Shown: positions 57,304-64,000 of the stretch, piece by piece
Numbering within the stretch: the first letter of the stretch is position 1
How the letters are laid out: every line of letters starts with the position of its first letter
Source of the DNA: an uncultured Burkholderiales bacterium
GTDB taxonomy: Bacteria > Pseudomonadota > Gammaproteobacteria > Burkholderiales > CAZDFJ01
Length of the DNA stretch: 64,000 nucleotides
NCBI GenBank assembly: GCA_964504875.1
Contig: CAZDFJ010000001.1
Location: 43,863-107,862, forward strand
Reading direction: 5' to 3'
Translations under genes and position numbers: made by a program
Notes under the pieces: generated by a model
Database searches by the model: none
What the model saw: the letters and a program-made list of their open reading frames with translations, nothing else
What the model was told of the DNA's origin: nothing

Positions 57304-57748
57304 AATCATAGGATTATTGATCATTTTATTTTTTAATCAGGAAAGTTTTAGTGCATCATTAGGCACCGTTTTTTTTACACCCAAAGAACGCGAAATGATT
57401 CAAAATACTCCGCCTTCACCCATTATGCCGACAATGCCTCCTGCGGCACCCATTCCGCCCCCTTCAACGCCGCCTCCCATGCCCATTATGCCGACAATGT
57501 CTCCTGTAATCACCTCATCCCCTCTTTTTTTTCATGGCGTAATCTTTTTGCCTAACAAACAAGTACGTTTGTTAATTAATCATACTATATATACTCCTCA
57601 ACAACTTCCGAAAGGATTGCATTATTCTCCCCCTTATCTACTTGTTTATACAACACAAAATTTTTCTATAAAGCTCCTGCCCGGACAAAAAACAACCCTG
57701 CCGTTCGCAATTCCAGGATTAACGTTTGAAGGAAATAAACACGAATAA
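57287..57748 (+). CDS. secreted proline-rich small protein (MshK/PilP-like position)
   Basis: 153 aa. Signal peptide MKNLFKIIGLLIILFFNQESFSA, then a Pro-rich repeat PSPIMPTMPPAAPIPPPSTPPPMPIMPTMSP. Overlaps the upstream gene by 17 nt. Confidence 0.5.
   Translation: MKNLFKIIGLLIILFFNQESFSASLGTVFFTPKEREMIQNTPPSPIMPTMPPAAPIPPPSTPPPMPIMPTMSPVITSSPLFFHGVIFLPNKQVRLLINHTIYTPQQLPKGLHYSPPYLLVYTTQNFSIKLLPGQKTTLPFAIPGLTFEGNKHE
57419..57499 (+). repeat. 18-nt exact in-frame direct repeat CCCATTATGCCGACAATG (57419-57436 and 57482-57499)
   Basis: Both copies encode PIMPTM within the Pro-rich segment. They are 63 nt (21 codons) apart. Confidence 0.9.
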
Positions 57749-59541
57749 TGTCTAATTCTAAAAAAAATTTACAACAAGGTTTCGGTTTTTTACCTTTATT
57801 ATTTATAATCAGCCTGATTAGTTTCTTAACAGTGATTTATTTTGTAACGCCTGCAGAACAAACACAACCGCGTTATCACGCACCCCGACTCAACCAAGTG
57901 AAAGCTGCATTAATGGGAAAAATTTTTCAAATTGATGCAACTTCACAAACTTTTTTAGGCGGATTGCCTTCTCCTGATCGTCTTTTTGCAACAGAATATT
58001 TCACTGATTTTGTCACAAAGCAAAAGGTCAGTCGACCTAACTATGATGGCACTTCTGAAACAAAATGTTATGGTGAAAAAGATGATACAAGCCACACAAA
58101 TGAAGGAGATGCAATCTGTTTAGGTAAAATTCCATGGAAAGAATTAGGGTTGCCTTATTTGAACAACGAACAAGATGGATCAGGACAAATTGCATGGTTT
58201 GCTTTCTCAGCAAACTTGATGGATCGAAATTGCTTTTTTCCATTTAACTCTAATGTTTTAGCTGTAAAAAAAGTAGAATTTACATGTGAAAATGCCACAC
58301 AAATTTTACCTTATCCATGGTTAAAAATTCGGGATGCGCAAGGTAATATTATCAGTGATCAAGTCGTATTTATTCTTTTTATTGCGGGAGAAGCTTTACC
58401 TACACAAAGACGGACACCCCTTCCTACCTTAGCAGATGCTGATCAATATTTAGACAGTGTCACTATTGATTCATCTTGCCATCAACCTTGTCAATCTGGA
58501 AACTTTCATAATGGCGATCGTAATAATGATTTTATTATAGGAAATCGATCAAAAACATTTAATGATCAGTTAATTTATATTACTTTAGAAGAATATCTTT
58601 CTTTTATAGAGAAAATAGTTTTAAATACAACATCAAAAGCTTGGCTTAATTTTTATAAAAAATATCAAAACTATCCAAATTTAATTGATCCTACTAAAAA
58701 TCAGGAAACTAATGATTATTTTGGAAAGTTTCCATTTTATATTATTGATAATTCAAATAATTATTCTTTTGAAACAGAAGTTTCTTGGAAAATACAAGAC
58801 AAATTAGATACGCAAGGCAATCAGACTTTAAAGACACATCTTTTGTCAGAAGTAGATTTAGCTCCTAGCCTTACTAAAAATGAATTTGAACAATATTTCT
58901 ATTGGAATCAAGCACAAAAAGCCCGTTGTGCTTGGACAAGCAAACGAGAGCGCGCGGCCTATTGTCAAGTTATTTTAACTAATCCAAAAGCCGGAGTGAG
59001 CGAACGTCATTTAACTTTTCAACTAGATAAAACAGGGGTTTTAGTACGGATTACGCCTTACCCCGTTCCTACACGAAAGCTTGATTATTCTGGGGCAGCC
59101 GCCGGGATTCTTACAGTAGAAGATTTTGTGCTTGATCCTAAAACAAATCAATTAACCTCTTTAGGTGGCTGGGAAATCAGCGAGGGGCAAGCGAATATTA
59201 CGATTGAAAAAATTCGATTATATCCAGAAATGCCGAAATGGTTTTTGCAACAAAAATGGTTTGAATTACTTTTTGTCATAAAAGCACCACAAAATACATG
59301 TACAAGTTCTTTTTCTTGCCTTAAAGTAAACAATCCGGAAAAAAATCGCTCTGATTATTTTCAATCTGTTTTTTTATTGGCCGGCGCCGCATTGCCGCAC
59401 CAAGTTGATCGCGCAAACCGACCATTTGTGCTTGAAGATTATTTTGAGTCCCCTACTTTAGAATTCATTCGCTCACAACAAGCAGGGGAGATTAAACGGG
59501 CAACATCCGATTTCAACGACACGCTAAAAGGAATAAAATAA
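57748..59541 (+). CDS. large envelope protein with pseudopilin-like N-terminus, unknown function
   Basis: 597 aa. N-terminus is MSNSKKNLQQGFGFLPLLFIISLISFLTVIYFV: a short basic leader, a Gly and a hydrophobic helix, with no Glu5. The rest is Cys-containing and probably periplasmic. TAATG overlaps occur at both ends. Confidence 0.5.
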   Translation: MSNSKKNLQQGFGFLPLLFIISLISFLTVIYFVTPAEQTQPRYHAPRLNQVKAALMGKIFQIDATSQTFLGGLPSPDRLFATEYFTDFVTKQKVSRPNYDGTSETKCYGEKDDTSHTNEGDAICLGKIPWKELGLPYLNNEQDGSGQIAWFAFSANLMDRNCFFPFNSNVLAVKKVEFTCENATQILPYPWLKIRDAQGNIISDQVVFILFIAGEALPTQRRTPLPTLADADQYLDSVTIDSSCHQPCQSGNFHNGDRNNDFIIGNRSKTFNDQLIYITLEEYLSFIEKIVLNTTSKAWLNFYKKYQNYPNLIDPTKNQETNDYFGKFPFYIIDNSNNYSFETEVSWKIQDKLDTQGNQTLKTHLLSEVDLAPSLTKNEFEQYFYWNQAQKARCAWTSKRERAAYCQVILTNPKAGVSERHLTFQLDKTGVLVRITPYPVPTRKLDYSGAAAGILTVEDFVLDPKTNQLTSLGGWEISEGQANITIEKIRLYPEMPKWFLQQKWFELLFVIKAPQNTCTSSFSCLKVNNPEKNRSDYFQSVFLLAGAALPHQVDRANRPFVLEDYFESPTLEFIRSQQAGEIKRATSDFNDTLKGIK

Positions 59542-60494
59542 TGCTAAAAATTGCAATTATTGTAGATCCGCTCGATACTTTTAAAATTTATAAAGATTCA
59601 ACTTATGCAATGATGCAAGTTGCACAAGAACGCGGCCATGAACTCTTTGTTTTACAACAAGAAGATTTATTATTAAAAGCGGGTAGTGTTTTCGGACATG
59701 TTTCCCGTGTAAGTTTATTACCACAAGAACTGCAAATAAGTACTTGGTATCAACTAGAGGAAACTCAATTATGTCCTCTTTCTGACTTTGATGCTGTCTT
59801 AATGCGTAAAGATCCTCCTTTTGATATGGAATATATTTATTCTACATATTTATTAGAACTTGCCGAAAAACAAGGCGTGGGGGTTTATAATCCCTCGTCT
59901 GCTATTCGTGATTTTAATGAAAAACTTTCGATTGCACGTTATCCACAGTTTACGTCCCCTACTATTGTCAGTAAAAAAGTCATAGATATTCGCGCTTTTA
60001 TTGAAGAACATTATGATGTTATTTTGAAACCATTGGATGGAATGGGCGGAAGTTCAATTTTTAAAGTGACACCAGCCGATCCTAATCTGAACGTCATCTT
60101 AGAAAATATGACACAATTTGAAAAGCGAACCATTATGGCGCAACGCTATATTCCAGCCATCAAAGATGGTGATAAGCGCGTGTTAGTAATTGATGGTGAA
60201 GTTATGCCTTATGCTTTAGCGCGCATTCCTAAAGCAGGTGAAACCCGAGGCAATTTAGCAGCGGGGGGAACGGGTATTGCGCAACCCCTTTCTGAGCGTG
60301 ATAAACAAATTGCAGAAACGATTGCTGTTGAACTAAAAGCCCGGCAATTCTTAATTGTCGGCTTAGATATTATCGGGGATTATCTGACAGAAATTAATGT
60401 GACAAGTCCAACGTGTATGCAAGAAATTTTTCAGCAAACTGGTTTTAATATTGCGGCAAAAGTGATTGATGCGTTAGAACAGAAAAAAAAATAA
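59541..60494 (+). CDS. gshB: glutathione synthetase (ATP-grasp)
   Basis: MLKIAIIVDPLDTFKIYKDSTYAMM…, collinear with prokaryotic GshB. ATP-grasp motifs are in the C-terminal half. Confidence 0.95.
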   Translation: MLKIAIIVDPLDTFKIYKDSTYAMMQVAQERGHELFVLQQEDLLLKAGSVFGHVSRVSLLPQELQISTWYQLEETQLCPLSDFDAVLMRKDPPFDMEYIYSTYLLELAEKQGVGVYNPSSAIRDFNEKLSIARYPQFTSPTIVSKKVIDIRAFIEEHYDVILKPLDGMGGSSIFKVTPADPNLNVILENMTQFEKRTIMAQRYIPAIKDGDKRVLVIDGEVMPYALARIPKAGETRGNLAAGGTGIAQPLSERDKQIAETIAVELKARQFLIVGLDIIGDYLTEINVTSPTCMQEIFQQTGFNIAAKVIDALEQKKK

Positions 60495-60503
60495 TATTGT
60501 AGT

Positions 60504-60529
60504 AAAGCAGCCCCATTGGGGCTGCTTTT
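60504..60529. terminator. hairpin terminator between convergent genes
   Basis: Stem AAAGCAGCCCC (60504-60514) / GGGGCTGCTTT (60518-60528), 11 bp with a 3-nt loop. Confidence 0.7.
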
Positions 60530-60541
60530 AAAGTGAGGACA

Positions 60542-62560
60542 CTAAATTGGGTTGGCATTTTTCAAAATAATACGTTGGTTTTTTCCCCATGATCCAGCAC
60601 GATTGACAGGTTTGGCATAAGCCAGTAAATCTTCAACTTGAGTAATTTCTAATTCACCCAACTTTGCATCACGATAACCCAAAACCCGCCCGTTTAGTTC
60701 AATCGGCGTACTTTCGCCTAGCACATTAAAATGCTGCCCAACTTGTACACCCTGTTTTTTACCTAAATTAATAATAACAGTTTCACCGTCAACTAATGCA
60801 ATGCGGCCTTTCAAAGGATATTTTTCTAGAACAGTTTTTTGAATTTCTTGCGCAAATTTTTTCGCAATTTGAACCGGATCAAAATCCATCATTTCTAAAA
60901 GACGATTAGTTTGACGACTTGCTGTAGATAAAACAATTCCTGTTGTTTCGGTGTCAATGACACGAATCGTTGCCAAATTATTGCGCCCAGTGTTAAACAA
61001 TTGGCCTGTCAAAATTAGGCGCGAAGCCATAATTCGCCCCAATTTTAATTGCGTATCTGGGTCAGCCAACGCAGAAGAGCCTAATTTTAACTCCGCCAAA
61101 AGCTTATCTAAAATGGCCCGATCAACGACTTTAACACCTAATTTTTGCAATTCTTGCGTTAATTCTTCTTGCAAAACAGCATCTACCCCAATCCGTTGCA
61201 TAATATCGGTACTTTGACTGGGCTGCTGAAAACCTAATAACGAAATAGCCAACGCAGGGGAGGTCCATTCATCTTGATTGGTCTTAGCTTGGCTTTTCTG
61301 TGTCTGAAATTGCGCAACCAAATCCTTGACCAGGCCATCAATATATTTCTGGCGTTCTAAATCTTGTTTTTGCTCTAATGCAGATTGGGCTTGCCGCAAA
61401 AAAGAGGCCACCAGTTTATCATTTGGATTAATCGATTTTAACTGATTAAATGTTTCAAGAGCCTTAGAAGGTTCCCCCATTTCTTGCAATAAAAAGCCCT
61501 GATTGCTTAATGCTTCTGTCATAAAAGGGTCTTCTTGCGTGGCTTTTTCATAAGAAGCGAGCGCAATTTTGCTGTTTTTATCTTGTTGAGCGAGATTCCC
61601 CTCTGCATAATAAGCTTCTGCTTTATCCCAGGAAAAATCATCATCAGTGTCGATCGCTTTGGCTTGATTTAAAGCCACTTTCGCATTTTTACGATCCCCT
61701 TTTTGCGCTAAAACCGTCGCTTTTACAACTTGAGCCGCCCCGCGTTTTGGTTCCATTGCGATCACATCATTGGCTTCTTTTAGCGCCAAATCAGCTTGGC
61801 CTTTTTTCAATAAGACTTTTGCGAGCCCTTCTTTGCCTCGCAATTTATTTTTCTTATCTGAATCCTGAGCCAATTGTTTAAAAATTTGTTCGGCTTCAGC
61901 CAGCTTGCCTTCTTTAAGAAAACTATATGCGATTCCTGCTTGCGCAATGCCCTGAATTTGTTTTTCTGAAGGCTCTTGATGAACAACAACCGTTTTAGTC
62001 ACAACTGGTTTGACGCTGGCGACTTTTGCATAAAGTTGACGCGCTGAGGTCATTTGATGTTGTTGAACTTGCTTTTCCGCCACGCTCAAAATAATTTTTT
62101 CAGCAGAAACGCCCCCACCTTGGATCACTTTTGCGACTTTCGCATTGGGACCAACTAAATAAGTAGTCGGAAAAACATATTGTGCTCCAAACTTAGCCAG
62201 TGTGCCTTCGTCAGCAGCGGCAATGGGAAAACGAAATCCCATAGGAGCAATCGCGGCCTTCAATTCAGGAAGCGATTGTTTTCCCGCTGCGACTACAGCC
62301 AATTTGTGCTCAGAACTCAATGATTGTAACTGCGCCAACCCTGACATACAGACAGGACAATTATTTTTCGAGAAAAAAAACAAAATCCCTAATTTATTTT
62401 GTGTTAATTTCTGTGTCGAAACCGTCCCGCCTTGTATCGTGGGTAAACTAAAACTAGGCAGGGCATTGCCTTGAGAAACCAGACCCGCTTGCGCAAAAGA
62501 TCCCGAAAAAGCAAGGGTCATCGCCATAAAAATAAGACGATTTTTGATTATAAATTTCAT
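60542..62560 (-). CDS. periplasmic multidomain protein: TlpA-like redoxin + TPR repeats + CsgG/LpoB-like domain
   Basis: 672 aa. Signal peptide ending FAQA-G and a thioredoxin fold with CPVC. About 200 aa of TPR-like repeats (…AEAYYAEGNLAQQDKNSKIALASYEKA…). The C-terminal region follows the CsgG/LpoB/FlgO pattern (…LLGFQ…VVDRAILDKLLAELKLG…GRIMASRLILTGQL…IRVIDTETTGIV). Confidence 0.7.
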   Translation of the reverse strand: MKFIIKNRLIFMAMTLAFSGSFAQAGLVSQGNALPSFSLPTIQGGTVSTQKLTQNKLGILFFFSKNNCPVCMSGLAQLQSLSSEHKLAVVAAGKQSLPELKAAIAPMGFRFPIAAADEGTLAKFGAQYVFPTTYLVGPNAKVAKVIQGGGVSAEKIILSVAEKQVQQHQMTSARQLYAKVASVKPVVTKTVVVHQEPSEKQIQGIAQAGIAYSFLKEGKLAEAEQIFKQLAQDSDKKNKLRGKEGLAKVLLKKGQADLALKEANDVIAMEPKRGAAQVVKATVLAQKGDRKNAKVALNQAKAIDTDDDFSWDKAEAYYAEGNLAQQDKNSKIALASYEKATQEDPFMTEALSNQGFLLQEMGEPSKALETFNQLKSINPNDKLVASFLRQAQSALEQKQDLERQKYIDGLVKDLVAQFQTQKSQAKTNQDEWTSPALAISLLGFQQPSQSTDIMQRIGVDAVLQEELTQELQKLGVKVVDRAILDKLLAELKLGSSALADPDTQLKLGRIMASRLILTGQLFNTGRNNLATIRVIDTETTGIVLSTASRQTNRLLEMMDFDPVQIAKKFAQEIQKTVLEKYPLKGRIALVDGETVIINLGKKQGVQVGQHFNVLGESTPIELNGRVLGYRDAKLGELEITQVEDLLAYAKPVNRAGSWGKNQRIILKNANPI

Positions 62561-62594
62561 AGTAAAAACTCACGAAATAAAATAAATTTCCATT

Positions 62595-63341
62595 TCAAAA
62601 ACGTTCATTTGGCTGTAAATAACGCCATTTCCCTAATGGTAAATGACCCAACATAATTTTACCAACACGCACACGTTTTAATCCAACAACAGTTAATCCG
62701 ACCATTTCGCACATCCGGCGAATCTGCCGTTTTTTTCCTTGCTTTAATACAAAACGTAATTGGTCAGCATTTTGCCATTTGACCACGGCGGGGCGCAAGG
62801 GCTCACCATCCAATTCTAAACCATGATTTAATAAAGCCAAGCCGCGTTCACTTAATTTGCCTTCTACACGCACTAAATATTCTTTTTCGATTTCAGATTT
62901 TTCCCCAATAATTGTCCGGGCTACACGACCATCTTGTGTGAAAATTAATAAGCCTGTGGAGTCAATATCCAGGCGACCCGCTGGAGCCAAGCCGCGCATT
63001 TGGGCGGGAGAAAAACGCATTTTACTTTTATCTTCTTCCCAACGATTTTCAGCTGTAATTAAGACACTGGCAGGACGATAATCATGTTCTGCTTGACCGG
63101 ACACATAGCCAATTGGCTTGTGAAGCAAAATTGTGACTTGATGCGCTTGTGATTTGGCAATTTTTTGACTCAGTTCAATTTTTTGTTCAGGTAAGACTTT
63201 TTGGCCTAAGACTGCTAGCACCCCGTCCACTTTCACCCAGCCTTTTTCAATAAAGCTATCTGCCTCGCGCCGAGAACACAGCCCGAGTTCGGCCATTCGT
63301 TTTGAAATTCTAATTGGTTCTGTCATAATTTTTACTCTCAT
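62595..63341 (-). CDS. RsuA/RluF-family rRNA pseudouridine synthase (S4 domain + catalytic domain)
   Basis: S4 region [29 protein letters not shown], catalytic [14 protein letters not shown], and KEYLV… and RQIRRMCE blocks. The start may be ATG 63326 (MTEPIR…). Confidence 0.85.
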   Translation of the reverse strand: MRVKIMTEPIRISKRMAELGLCSRREADSFIEKGWVKVDGVLAVLGQKVLPEQKIELSQKIAKSQAHQVTILLHKPIGYVSGQAEHDYRPASVLITAENRWEEDKSKMRFSPAQMRGLAPAGRLDIDSTGLLIFTQDGRVARTIIGEKSEIEKEYLVRVEGKLSERGLALLNHGLELDGEPLRPAVVKWQNADQLRFVLKQGKKRQIRRMCEMVGLTVVGLKRVRVGKIMLGHLPLGKWRYLQPNERF

Positions 63342-63517
63342 TACTCTAATAAAATACGTACTTGATTTCTTTCACATTTTGAGATTGCTCTTGCATCATA
63401 ACTGATTTTCAGTTTTGGCGATAATAAATCCACAATGTCACAAAAGCCTTTTTTATATGATTCCGTTTGCATTCTCAAATTAAGCTTGTTATATTTTCTT
63501 TCTTTTTAGGGAACAGA

Positions 63518-64000
63518 TATGTTAGAACGTCTTGTATTATACCAACGGCTTATGCGTTTAGATAAACCTATCGGTACCATGCTCTTGATGTGGCCCACGC
63601 TATGGGGACTTTGGTTTGCTGCAAATGGTCATCCCAATTTAAAAATTTTTGGAATTTTTGTACTGGGCGTTGTGCTAATGCGTTCCGCAGGATGCATTAT
63701 CAATGATTATGCGGACCGAAATTTTGATAAACATGTCAAACGGACCGCTCACCGCCCTATTACATCAGGGGCAGTTTCTCTTAAAGAAGCCGGGTTATTA
63801 ACTTTAATATTATGTTTGGCATCGTTGGCGTTAGCATTACAACTTAATACATTCACTTTGCAATTATCCGTGGCGGCGGTTTTTTTAGCAGCCAGTTATC
63901 CTTTTACAAAACGATTTTTTCCATTGCCGCAAGCATATTTAGGTATTGCCTTTGGTTTTGGTATTCCAATGGCTTATGCAGCCCATACAAATAGTGTTCC
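63518..64000 (+). CDS. ubiA: 4-hydroxybenzoate polyprenyltransferase (5' part; CDS runs off the window)
   Basis: My own translation from ATG 63518 gives [32 protein letters not shown]…[27 protein letters not shown], with the UbiA NDxxDxxxD motif. The frame is open to position 64000. It is absent from the ORF track because there is no stop in the window. Confidence 0.9.

Noticed and set aside
1-64000. CRISPR arrays, rRNA genes, transposases/IS elements, integrases, prophage genes and toxin-antitoxin pairs.
   Set aside because: I saw no regularly spaced repeats and no rRNA-like conserved blocks. None of the listed ORF translations show DDE/tyrosine-recombinase/serine-recombinase or phage structural signatures.

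Overview
This is a 64-kb chromosomal window from an AT-rich proteobacterium. Gene content and synteny look beta/gamma-proteobacterial, but I cannot assign a taxon by eye. Content from left to right follows. (1) A sensory cluster (CHASE3-type MCP, HPt-HD-GYP protein, Cache-HAMP class III nucleotide cyclase), a PaiB-like protein and a large WD40 protein. (2) A phenol-degradation operon with a sigma-54-type promoter, dmpKLMNOP-Q-B-(glcG-like)-C-E-F-G-H-I. It has no dmpD and no dmpR-type activator in the window, and is followed by a porin-like outer-membrane protein and SatP. (3) truB, dedA and a CheY-like / CheC-like / 2x PAS-GGDEF-EAL operon. (4) iscR-(nifS-like)-iscS-iscU-iscA-hscB-hscA with two IscR boxes, and no fdx/iscX. 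(5) The most unusual locus is a translationally coupled 7.2-kb minus-strand operon (39597-46827). It encodes three divergent, lid-less Hsp70-like ATPases, one carrying a ~180-aa insertion with PIN-like motifs. It also encodes an unknown protein with a faint GrpE-like C-terminus and a 388-aa coiled-coil protein, and it has no J-domain partner. I consider this the best candidate for an undescribed system. (6) Housekeeping genes: YciK-like SDR with a degenerate catalytic triad, mgtC, xthA, a Rieske oxygenase, tRNA-Gly(CCC), thiS-hisF, coaE, zapD. (7) An orphan GspF/PilC-like platform gene plus four low-complexity envelope genes (MshI/J/K-like and a 597-aa pseudopilin-like protein), translationally coupled to gshB. 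No ATPase, secretin or major pilin is present. (8) A redoxin-TPR-CsgG/LpoB-like periplasmic protein, an RluF/RsuA-type pseudouridine synthase and the 5' part of ubiA. I saw no rRNA, CRISPR array, transposase or integrase. All calls rest on reading the ORF translations and the DNA by eye. No database search was run.
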